A stretch of DNA of 64,000 bases from Eledone cirrhosa (Eukaryota). The notes under the pieces were generated by a model that had not been told where the DNA came from, did no database searches, and saw only the letters and a list, made by a program, of their open reading frames with translations. Below, piece by piece: positions 27,349 through 39,130 of the stretch (position 1 is its first letter; the number at the start of each line of letters is the position of its first letter). Location: assembly GCA_964016885.1 (NCBI GenBank), contig OZ024740.1:290718001-290782000 (forward strand), written 5' to 3'. A program made the translations under genes and the position numbers.

Positions 27349-28460
27349 GTTTTTTATTTGGGTGCCCCGTTTTTTATTTGGGTACCCCGTTTTTTATTTG
27401 GGTGCCCCTTTTTTTATGGGGGGGTCCGTTTTTTATTTGGGTAACCCGTTTTTTATTTGGGTGCCCCGTTTTTTTATGGGGGGGTCCGTTTTTTATTTGG
27501 GTGCCCCGTTTTTTTATGGGGGGGACCGTTTTTTATTTGGGTGCCCCGTTTTTTTATGGGGGGTCCGTTTTTTATTGGGATGCCCCGTTTTTTGTGGGGG
27601 GGCCGTTTTTTATTTGGGTGCCCCGTTTTTTATTTGGGTACCCCGTTTTTTATTTGGGTGCCCCTTTTTTTATGGGGGGGTCCGTTTTTTATTTGGGTAA
27701 CCCGTTTTTTATTTGGGTGCCCCGTTTTTTTATGGGTGGGACCGTTTTTTATTTGGGTGCCCCGTTTTTTATTTGGGTACCCCGTTTTTTATTTGGGTGC
27801 CCCTTTTTTTTATGGGGGGGTCCGTTTTATATTTGGGAACCCCATTTTTTATTTGGGTGCCCCGTTTTTTTATGGGGGGTCCGTTTTTTATTGGGATGCC
27901 CCGTTTTTTGTGGGGGGGCCGTTTTTTATTTGGGTGCCCCGTTTTTTATTTGGGTACCCCGTTTTTTATTTGGGTGCCCCTTTTTTTATGGGGGGGTCCG
28001 TTTTTTATTTGGGTAACCCGTTTTTTATTTGGGTGCCCCGTTTTTTTATGGGGGGGTCCGTTTTTTATTTGGGTGCCCCGTTTTTTTATGGGGGGGACCG
28101 TTTTTTATTTGGGTGCCCCGTTTTTTTATGGGGGGTCCGTTTTTTATTGGGATGCCCCGTTTTTTGTGGGGGGGCCGTTTTTTATTTGGGTGCCCCGTTT
28201 TTTATTTGGGTACCCCGTTTTTTATTTGGGTGCCCCTTTTTTTATGGGGGGGTCCGTTTTTTATTTGGGTAACCCGTTTTTTATTTGGGTGCCCCGTTTT
28301 TTTATGGGTGGGACCGTTTTTTATTTGGGTGCCCCGTTTTTTATTTGGGTACCCCGTTTTTTATTTGGGTGCCCCTTTTTTTTATGGGGGGGTCCGTTTT
28401 ATATTTGGGAACCCCATTTTTTATTTGGGTGCCCCGTTTTTTTATGGGGGGTCCGTTTTT
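27261..28460 (+). repeat. Nested short higher-order repeat: 572-bp unit x2, made of 256 + 316 bp subunits
   Basis: GGGTAACCCG stops at 27444, 27700, 28016 and 28272. TGGGATGCCCCGTTTTTTGTGGG recurs with the same spacing. Confidence 0.9.
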
Positions 28461-31400
28461 TATTTGGGTGCCACGTTTTTTTATGGGGGGTCCGTTTTTT
28501 ATTTGGGTGCCCCGTTTTTTATGGGGGGGTCCGTTTTTTATTTGGGTGCCCCGTTTTTTTATGGGTGGGACCGTTTTTTATTTGGGTGCCCCGTTTTTTA
28601 TTTGGGTACCCCGTTTTTTATTTGGGTGCCCCTTTTTTTATGGGGGGGTCCGTTTTATATTTGGGAACCCCATTTTTTATTTGGGTGCCCCGTTTTTTTA
28701 TGGGGGGTCCGTTTTTTATTTGGGTGCCACGTTTTTTTATGGGGGGTCCGTTTTTTATTTGGGTGCCCCGTTTTTTATTTGGGTGCACTGTTTTTTATTT
28801 GGGTGCCCCGTTTCTTATTTGGGTACCCCGTTTTTTAATTGGGTGCCCCGTTTTTTTATGGGGGGTCCGTTTTTTATTTGGGTGTCCCTTTTTTTATGGG
28901 GGGTCCGTTTTTTATTTGGGTACCCCGTTTTTTATTTGGGTGCCCCGTTTTTTATGGGGGGTCCGTTTTTTATTTGGGTGCTCCGTTTTTTATGGGGGGG
29001 GTCCGTTTTTTATTTGTTTACCCCGTTTTTTATTTGGGTGCCACTTTTTTTATTTGGGTGCCCCGTTTTTTTATGGGGGGGTCCGTTTTTTGTTTGGGTG
29101 CCCCGTTTTTTTATGGGGGGTCCGTTTTTTATTTGGGAACCCCATTTTTTATATGGGTGCCCCGTTTTTTATGGGAGGGTCCGTTTTTTATTTGGGTGCC
29201 CCGTTTTTTATTTGGGTGCACCGTTTTTTATTTGGGTGCCCCGTTTTTTATTTGGGTACCCCGTTTTTTATTTGGGTGCCCCGTTTTTTTATGGAGGGGT
29301 CCGTTTTTATTTGGGTACCCCGTTTTTTATTTGGGTTCCCCGTTTTTTTATGGGGGGGTCCGTTTTTTATTTGGGTGCCCCGTTTTTTTATGGGGGGTCC
29401 GTTTTTTATTTGGGTGCCCCGTTTTTTATTTGGGTACCCCGTTTTTTATTTGGGTGCCCCGTTTTTTATTTGGGTGCCCCGTTTTTTTATGGGGGGGGGT
29501 CCGTTTTTTATTTGGGTGCCCCGTTTTTTATTTGGGTACCCCGTTTTTTATTTGGGTGCCCCTTTTTTTTATGGGGGGGTCCGTTTTATATTTGGGAACC
29601 CCATTTTTTATTTGGGTGCCCCGTTTTTTTATGGGGGGTCCGTTTTTTATTTGGGTGCCACGTTTTTTTATGGGGGGTCCGTTTTTTATTTGGGTGCCCC
29701 GTTTTTTATTTGGGTGCACTGTTTTTTATTTGGGTGCCCCGTTTTTTATTTGGGTACCCCGTTTTTTATTTGGGTGCCCCGTTTTTTTATGGAGGGGTCC
29801 GTTTTTATTTGGGTACCCCGTTTTTTATTTGGGTTCCCCGTTTTTTTATGGGGGGTCCGTTTTTTATTTGGGTACCCCGTTTTTTATTTGGGTGCCCCGT
29901 TTTTTATGGGGGGGTCCGTTTTTTATTTGGGTGCCCCGTTCTTTTATGGGGGGTCCGTTTTTTATTTGGGTGCCCCGTTTTTTATTTGGGTACCCCGTTT
30001 TTTATTTGGGTGCCCCGTTTTTTATTTGGGTGCCCCGTTTTTTTATGGGGGGGTCCGTTTTTTATTTGGGTGCCCCGTTTTTTTATGAGGGGTCCGTTTT
30101 ATATTTGGGTGCCCCGTTTTTTATTTGGGTGCACCGTTTTTTATTTGGGTACCCCGTTTTTTTATGGGGGGTCCTTTTTTTATTTGGGTGCCCCGTTTTT
30201 TATTGGGGGGGTCCGTTTTTTATTTGGGTGCCCCGTTTTTTTATGGGGGGTCCGTTTTTTATTTGGGTGCCCCATTTTTTATTTGGGTGCACCGTTTTTT
30301 ATTTGGGTGCCCCGTTTTTTATTTGGGTACCCCGTTTTTTATTTGGGTGCCCCGTTTTTTTATGGAGGGGTCCGTTTTTATTTGGGTACCCCGTTTTTTA
30401 TTTGGGTGCCCCGTTTTTTTATGGGGGGGTCCGTTTTTTATTTGGGTGCCCCGTTTTTTATTTGGGTACCCCGTTTTTTATTTGGGTGCCCCGTTTTTTT
30501 ATGGGGGGTCCGTTTTTTATTTGGTTACCCCGTTTTTTATTTGGGTGCGCCGTTTTTTTATGGGGGGGTCCGTTTTTTATTTGGGTGCCCCGTTTTTTTA
30601 TGGGGGGTCCGTTTTTTATTTGGGAACCCCATTTTTTATTTGGGTGCCCCGTTTTTTTATGGGGGGGTCCGTTTTTTATTTGGGTGCCCCGTTTTTTTAT
30701 GGGGGGATCCGTTTTTTATTTGTTTACCCCGTTTTTTATTTGGGGGCACCTTTTTTATTTGGGTACCCCGTTTTTTATTTGGGTGCCCCGTTTTTATAAG
30801 GGGGGCTCCGTTTTTTATTTGGGTGCCCCGTTTTTTATTTGGGTGCCCCGTTTTTTATTTGGGTGCACCGTTTTTTATTTGGGTGCACCGTTTTTTATTT
30901 GGGTGCACCTTTTTTATTTGGGAACCCCGTCTTTTATTTGGGTGCCCCGTTTTTATATGGGGGGGTCCGTTTTTTATTTGGGTGCCCCGTTTTTTATTTG
31001 GGTGCACCGTTTTTTATTTGGGTGCACCGTTTTTTATTTGGGTGCCCCGTTTTTTATTTGGGTACCCCGTTTTTTATTTGGTTGCCCCGTTTTTATATGG
31101 GGGGTCCGTTTTTTATTTGGGTACCCCGTTTTTTATTTGGGTTCCCCGTTTTTTTATGGGGGGCCGTTTTTTATTTGGGTACCCCGTTTTTTATTTGGGT
31201 GCGCCGTTTTTTATGGGGGTTCCGTTTTTTATTTGGGTGCCCCGTTTTTTTATGGGGGGGTCCGTTTTTTATTTGGGTGCCCCGTTTTTTATTTGGGTAC
31301 CCCGTTTTTTATTTGGGTGCCCCGTTTTTTATGGGGGGGTCCGTTTTTTATTTGGGTACCCCGTTTTTTATTTGGGTGCCCCGTTTTTTATGGGGGGGTC

Positions 31401-34400
31401 CGTTTTTTATTTGGGTGCCCCGTTTTTTTATGGGGGGATGCGTTTTTTATTTGGGAACCCCATTTTTTATTTGGGTGCCCCGTTTTTTTATGGGGGGTCC
31501 GTTTTTTATTTGGGTGCCCCGTTTTTTTATGGGGGGTCCGTTTTTTATTTGGGTGCCCCGTTTTTTATTTGGGTACCCCGTTTTTTATTTGGGTGCCCCG
31601 TTTTTTATTTGGGTGCCCCGTTTTTTTATGGGGGGGTCCGTTTTTTATTTGGGTGACCCGTTTTTTATTTGGGTACCCCGTTTTTTATTTGGGTGCCCCT
31701 TTTTTTTATGGGGGGGTCCGTTTTATATTTGGGAACCCCATTTTTTATTTGGGTGCCCCGTTTTTTTATGGGGGGTCCGTTTTTTATTTGGGTGCCACGT
31801 TTTTTTATGGGGGGTCCGTTTTTTATTTGGGTGCCCCGTTTTTTATTTGGGTGCACTGTTTTTTATTTGGGTGCCCCGTTTTTTATTTGGGTACCCCGTT
31901 TTTTAATTGGGTGCCCCGTTTTTTTATGGGGGGTCCGTTTTTTATTTGGGTGTCCCTTTTTTTATGGGGGGTCCGTTTTTTATTTGGGTACCCCGTTTTT
32001 TATTTGGGTGCCCCGTTTTTTATGGGGGGTCCGTTTTTTATTTGGGTGCACCGTTTTTTATGGGGGGGGTCCGTTTTTTATTTGTTTACCCCGTTTTTTA
32101 TTTGGGTGCCACTTTTTTTATTTGGGTGCCCCGTTTTTTTATGGGGGGGTCCGTTTTTTGTTTGGGTGCCCCGTTTTTTTATGGGGGGTCCGTTTTTTAT
32201 TTGGGAACCCCATTTTTTATATGGGTGCCCCGTTTTTTATGGGGGGGTCCGTTTTTTATTTGGGTGCCCCGTTTTTTATTTGGGTGCACTGTTTTTTATT
32301 TGGGTGCCCCGTTTTTTATTTGGGTACCCCGTTTTTTATTTGGGTGCCCCGTTTTTTTATGGAGGGGTCCGTTTTTATTTGGGTACCCCGTTTTTTATTT
32401 GGGTTCCCCGTTTTTTTATGGGGGGTCGGTTTTTTATTTGGGTACCCCGTTTTTTATTTGGGTACCCCGTTTTTTATTTGGGTGCCCCGTTTTTTATTTG
32501 GGTGCCCCGTTTTTTTATGGGGGGGTCCGTTTTTTATTTGGGTGCCCCGTTTTTTATTTGGGTACCCCGTTTTTTATTTGGGTGCCCCTTTTTTTATGGG
32601 GGGGTCCGTTTTATATTTGGGAACCCCATTTTTTATTTGGGTGCCCCGTTTTTTTATGGGGGGTCCGTTTTTTATTTGGGTGCCACGTTTTTTTATGGGG
32701 GGTCCGTTTTTTATTTGGGTACCCCGTTTTTTATTTGGGTGCGCCGTTTTTTATGGGGGTTCCGTTTTTTATTTGGGTGCCCCGTTTTTTTATGGGGGGG
32801 TCCGTTTTTTATTTGGGTGCCCCGTTTTTTATTTGGGTACCCCGTTTTTTATTTGGGTGCCCCGTTTTTTATGGGGGGGTCCGTTTTTTATTTGGGTACC
32901 CCGTTTTTTATTTGGGTGCCCCGTTTTTTATGGGGGGGTCCGTTTTTTATTTGGGTGCCCCGTTTTTTTATGGGGGGATCCGTTTTTTATTTGGGAACCC
33001 CATTTTTTATTTGGGTGCCCCGTTTTTTTATGGGGGGGTCCGTTTTTTATTTGGGTGCCCCGTTTTTTTATGGGGGGTCCGTTTTTTATTTGGGTGCCCC
33101 GTTTTTTATTTGGGTACCCCGTTTTTTATTTGGGTGCCCCGTTTTTTATTTGGGTGCCCCGTTCTTTTATGGGGGGGTCCGTTTTTTATTTGGGTGCCCC
33201 GTTTTTTATTTGGGTACCCCGTTTTTTTATGGGGGGTCCGTTTTTTATTTGGGAACCCCATTTTTTATATGGGTGCCCCGTTTTTTATGGGGGGGTCCGT
33301 TTTTTATTTGGGTGCCCCGTTTTTTATTTGGGTGCACTGTTTTTTATTTGGGTGCCCCGTTTTTTATTTGGGTACCCCGTTTTTTATTTGGGTGCCCCGT
33401 TTTTTTATGGAGGGGTCCGTTTTTATTTGGGTACACCGTTTTTTATTTGGGTTCCCCGTTTTTTTATGGGGGGTCGGTTTTTTATTTGGGTACCCCGTTT
33501 TTTATTTGGGTACCCCGTTTTTTATTTGGGTGCCCCGTTTTTTATTTGGGTGCCCCGTTTTTTTATGGGGGGGTCCGTTTTTTATTTGGGTGCCCCGTTT
33601 TTTATTTGGGTACCCCGTTTTTTATTTGGGTGCCCCTTTTTTTATGGGGGGGTCCGTTTTATATTTGGGAACCCCATTTTTTATTTGGGTGCCCCGTTTT
33701 TTTATGGAGGGTCCGTTTTTTATTTGGGTGCCACGTTTTTTTATGGGGGGTCCGTTTTTTATTTGGGTACCCCGTTTTTTATTTGGGTGCGCCGTTTTTT
33801 ATGGGGGTTCCGTTTTTTATTTGGGTGCCCCGTTTTTTTATGGGGGGGTCCGTTTTTTATTTGGGTGCCCCGTTTTTTATTTGGGTACCCCGTTTTTTAT
33901 TTGGGTGCCCCGTTTTTTATGGGGGGGTCCGTTTTTTATTTGGGTGCCCCGTTTTTTTATGGGGGGATCCGTTTTTTATTTGGGAACCCCATTTTTTATT
34001 TGGGTGCCCCGTTTTTTTATGGGGGGGTCCCTTTTTTTTATTTGGGTGCCCCGTTTTTTTATGGGGGGTCCGTTTTTTATTTGGGTGCCCCGTTTTTTAT
34101 TTGGGTACCCCGTTTTTTATTTGGGTGCCCCGTTTTTTATTTGGGTGCCCCGTTTTTTTATGGGGGGGTCCGTTTTTTATTTGGGTGCCCCGTTTTTTAT
34201 TTGGGTACCCCGTTTTTTATTTGGGTGCCCCTTTTTTTTATGGGGGGGTCCGTTTTATATTTGGGAACCCCATTTTTTATTTGGGTGCCCCGTTTTTTTA
34301 TGGGGGGTCCGTTTTTTATTTGGGTGCCACGTTTTTTTATGGGGGGTCCGTTTTTTATTTGGGTGCCCCGTTTTTTATTTGGGTGCACTGTTTTTTATTT

Positions 34401-37029
34401 GGGTGCCCCGTTTTTTATTTGGGTACCCCGTTTTTTAATTGGGTGCCCCGTTTTTTTATGGGGGGTCCGTTTTTTATTTGGGTGTCCCTTTTTTTATGGG
34501 GGGTCCGTTTTTTATTTGGGTACCCCGTTTTTTATTTGGGTGCCCCGTTTTTTATGGGGGGTCCGTTTTTTATTTGGGTGCACCGTTTTTTATGGGGGGG
34601 TCCGTTTTTTATTTGTTTACCCCGTTTTTTATTTGGGTGCCACTTTTTTTATTTGGGTGCCCCGTTTTTTTATGGGGGGGTCCGTTTTTTGTTTGGGTGC
34701 CCCGTTTTTTTATGGGGGGTCCGTTTTTTATTTGGGAACCCCATTTTTTATATGGGTGCCCCGTTTTTTATGATGGGTCCGTTTTTTATTTGGGTGCCCC
34801 GTTTTTTATTTGGGTGCACTGTTTTTTATTTGGGTGCCCCGTTTTTTATTTGGGTACCCCGTTTTTTATTTGGGTGCCCCGTTTTTTTATGGAGGGGTCC
34901 GTTTTTATTTGTGTACCCCGTTTTTTATTTGGGTTCCCCGTTTTTTTATGGGGGGTCGGTTTTTTATTTGGGTACCCCGTTTTTTATTTGGGTACCCCGT
35001 TTTTTATTTGGGTGCCCCGTTTTTTATTTGGGTGCCCCGTTTTTTTATGGGGGGGTCCGTTTTTTATTTGGGTGCCCCGTTTTTTATTTGGGTACCCCGT
35101 TTTTTATTTGGGTGCCCCTTTTTTATGGGGGGGTCCGTTTTATATTTGGGAACCCCATTTTTTATTTGGGTGCCCCGTTTTTTTATGGGGGGTCCGTTTT
35201 TTATTTGGGTGCCCCGTTTTTTTATGGGGGGATCCGTTTTTTATTTGGGAACCCCATTTTTTATTTGGGTGCCCCGTTTTTTTATGGGGGGGTCCGTTTT
35301 TTATTTGGGTGCCCCGTTTTTTTATGGGGGGTCCGTTTTTTATTTGGGTGCCCCGTTTTTTATTTGGGTGCACTGTTTTTTATTTGGGTGCCCCGTTTTT
35401 TATTTGGGTACCCCGTTTTTTAATTGGGTGCCCCGTTTTTTTATGGGGGGTCCGTTTTTTATTTGGGTGTCCCTTTTTTTATGGGGGGTCCGTTTTTTAT
35501 TTGGGTACCCCGTTTTTTATTTGGGTGCCCCGTTTTTTATGGGGGGTCCGTTTTTTATTTGGTTGCACCGTTTTTTATGGGGGGGGTCCGTTTTTTATTT
35601 GTTTACCCCGTTTTTTATTTGGGGGCACCTTTTTTATTTGGGTACCCCGTTTTTTATTTGGGTGCCCCGTTTTTATAAGGGGGGCTCCGTTTTTTATTTG
35701 GGTGCCCCGTTTTTTATTTGGGTGCCCCGTTTTTTATTTGGGTGCACCGTTTTTTATTTGGGTGCACCGTTTTTTATTTGGGTGCACCTTTTTTATTTGG
35801 GAACCCCGTCTTTTATTTGGGTGCCCCGTTTTTATATGGGGGGGTCCGTTTTTTATTTGGGTGCCCCGTTTTTTATTTGGGTGCACCGTTTTTTATTTGG
35901 GTGCACCGTTTTTTATTTGGGTGCCCCGTTTTTTATTTGGGTACCCCGTTTTTTATTTGGTTGCCCCGTTTTTATATGGGGGGTCCGTTTTTTATTTGGG
36001 TACCCCGTTTTTTATTTGGGTTCCCCGTTTTTTTATGGGGGGTCCGTTTTTTATTTGGGTACCCCGTTTTTTATTTGGGTGCGCCGTTTTTTATGGGGGT
36101 TCCGTTTTTTATTTGGGTGCCCCGTTTTTTTATGGGGGGGTCCGTTTTTTATTTGGGTGCCCCGTTTTTTATTTGGGTACCCCGTTTTTTATTTGGGTGC
36201 CCCGTTTTTTATGGGGGGGTCCGTTTTTTATTTGGGTACCCCGTTTTTTATTTGGGTGCCCCGTTTTTTATGGGGGGGTCCGTTTTTTATTTGGGTGCCC
36301 CGTTTTTTTATGGGGGGATCCGTTTTTTATTTGGGAACCCCATTTTTTATTTGGGTGCCCCGTTTTTTTATGGGGGGGTCCGTTTTTTATTTGGGTGCCC
36401 CGTTTTTTTATGGGGGGTCCGTTTTTTATTTGGGTGCCCCGTTTTTTATTTGGGTACCCCGTTTTTTATTTGGGTGCCCCGTTTTTTATTTGGGTGCCCC
36501 GTTTTTTTATGGGGGGGTCCGTTTTTTATTTGGGTGCCCCGTTTTTTATTTGGGTACCCCGTTTTTTATTTGGGTGCCCCTTTTTTTTATGGGGGGGTCC
36601 GTTTTATATTTGGGAACCCCATTTTTTATTTGGGTGCCCCGTTTTTTTATGGGGGGTCCGTTTTTTATTTGGGTGCCACGTTTTTTTTATGGGGGGTCCG
36701 TTTTTTATTTGGGTGCCCCGTTTTTTATTTGGGTGCACTGTTTTTTATTTGGGTGCCCCGTTTTTTATTTGGGTACCCCGTTTTTTAATTGGGTGCCCCG
36801 TTTTTTTATGGGGGGTCCGTTTTTTATTTGGGAACACCATTTTTTATATGGGTGCCCCGTTTTTTATGGGGGGGTCCGTTTTTTATTTCGGTGCCCCGTT
36901 TTTTATTTGGGTGCACTGTTTTTTATTTGGGTGCCCCGTTTTTTATTTGGGTACCCCGTTTTTTATTTGGGTGCCCCGTTTTTTTATGGAGGGGTCCGTT
37001 TTTATTTGGGTACCCCGTTTTTTATTTGG

Positions 37030-39130
37030 GTTCCCCGTTTTTTTATGGGGGGTCGGTTTTTTATTTGGGTACCCCGTTTTTTATTTGGGTACCCCGTTTT
37101 TTATTTGGGTGCCCCGTTTTTTATTTGGGTGCCCCGTTTTTTTATGGGGGGGTCCGTTTTTTATTTGGGTGCCCCGTTTTTTATTTGGGTACCCCGTTTT
37201 TTATTTGGGTGCCCCTTTTTTTATGGGGGGGTCCGTTTTATATTTGGGAACCCCATTTTTTATTTGGGTGCCCCGTTTTTTTATGGGGGGTCCGTTTTTT
37301 ATTTGGGTGCCACGTTTTTTTATGGGGGGTCCGTTTTTTATTTGGGTACCCCGTTTTTTATTTGGGTGCGCCGTTTTTTATGGGGGTTCCGTTTTTTATT
37401 TGGGTGCCCCGTTTTTTTATGGGGGGGTCCGTTTTTTATTTGGGTGCCCCGTTTTTTATTTGGGTACCCCGTTTTTTATTTGGGTGCCCCGTTCTTTATG
37501 GGGGGGGTCCGTTTTTTATTTGGGTACCCCGTTTTTTATTTGGGTGCCCCGTTTTTTATGGGGGGGTCCGTTTTTTATTTGGGTGCCCCGTTTTTTTATG
37601 GGGGGATCCGTTTTTTATTTGGGAACCCCATTTTTTATTTGGGTGCCCCGTTTTTTTATGGGGGGGTCCGTTTTTTATTTGGGTGCCCCGTTTTTTTATG
37701 GGGGGTCCGTTTTTTATTTGGGTGCCCCGTTTTTTATTTGGGTACCCCGTTTTTTATTTGGGTGCCCCGTTTTTTATTTGGGTGCCCCGTTTTTTTATGG
37801 GGGGGTCCGTTTTTTATTTGGGTGCCCCGTTTTTTATTTGGGTACCCCGTTTTTTATTTGGGTGCCCCTTTTTTTTATGGGGGGGTCCGTTTTATATTTG
37901 GGAACCCCATTTTTTATTTGGGTGCCCCGTTTTTTTATGGGGGGTCCGTTTTTTATTTGGGTGCCACGTTTTTTTATGGGGGGTCCGTTTTTTATTTGGG
38001 TGCCCCGTTTTTTATTTGGGTGCACTGTTTTTTATTTGGGTGCCCCGTTTTTTATTTGGGTACCCCGTTTTTTAATTGGGTTCCCCGTTTTTTTATGGGG
38101 GGTCGGTTTTTTATTTGGGTACCCCGTTTTTTATTTGGGTACCCCGTTTTTTATTTGGGTGCCCCGTTTTTTATTTGGGTGCCCCGTTTTTTTATGGGGG
38201 GGTCCGTTTTTTATTTGGGTGCCCCGTTTTTTATTTGGGTACCCCGTTTTTTATTTGGGTGCCCCTTTTTTTATGGGGGGGTCCGTTTTATATTTGGGAA
38301 CCCCATTTTTTATTTGGGTGCCCCGTTTTTTTATGGGGGGTCCGTTTTTTATTTGGGTGCCACGTTTTTTTATGGGGGGTCCGTTTTTTATTTGGGTACC
38401 CCGTTTTTTATTTGGGTGCGCCGTTTTTTATGGGGGTTCCGTTTTTTATTTGGGTGCCCCGTTTTTTTATGGGGGGGTCCGTTTTTTATTTGGGTGCCCC
38501 GTTTTTTATTTGGGTACCCCGTTTTTTATTTGGGTGCCCCGTTCTTTATGGGGGGGGTCCGTTTTTTATTTGGGTACCCCGTTTTTTATTTGGGTGCCCC
38601 GTTTTTTATGGGGGGGTCCGTTTTTTATTTGGGTGCCCCGTTTTTTTATGGGGGGATCCGTTTTTTATTTGGGAACCCCATTTTTTATTTGGGTGCCCCG
38701 TTTTTTTATGGGGGGGTCCGTTTTTTATTTGGGTGCCCCGTTTTTTTATGGGGGGTCCGTTTTTTATTTGGGTGCCCCGTTTTTTATTTGGGTACCCCGT
38801 TTTTTATTTGGGTGCCCCGTTTTTTATTTGGGTGCCCCGTTTTTTTATGGGGGGGTCCGTTTTTTATTTGGGTGCCCCGTTTTTTATTTGGGTACCCCGT
38901 TTTTTATTTGGGTGCCCCTTTTTTTTATGGGGGGGTCCGTTTTATATTTGGGAACCCCATTTTTTATTTGGGTGCCCCGTTTTTTTATGGGGGGTCCGTT
39001 TTTTATTTGGGTGCCACGTTTTTTTATGGGGGGTCCGTTTTTTATTTGGGTGCCCCGTTTTTTATTTGGGTGCACTGTTTTTTATTTGGGTGCCCCGTTT
39101 TTTATTTGGGTACCCCGTTTTTTAATTGGG
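37030..39130 (+). repeat. Tandem duplication, 1050-bp unit x2
   Basis: GGGTTCCCC...GGGGGGTCGGTT at 37028/38078, TAATT stops at 38075/39125, and identical mini-ORFs at 37834/38884. Confidence 0.9.
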
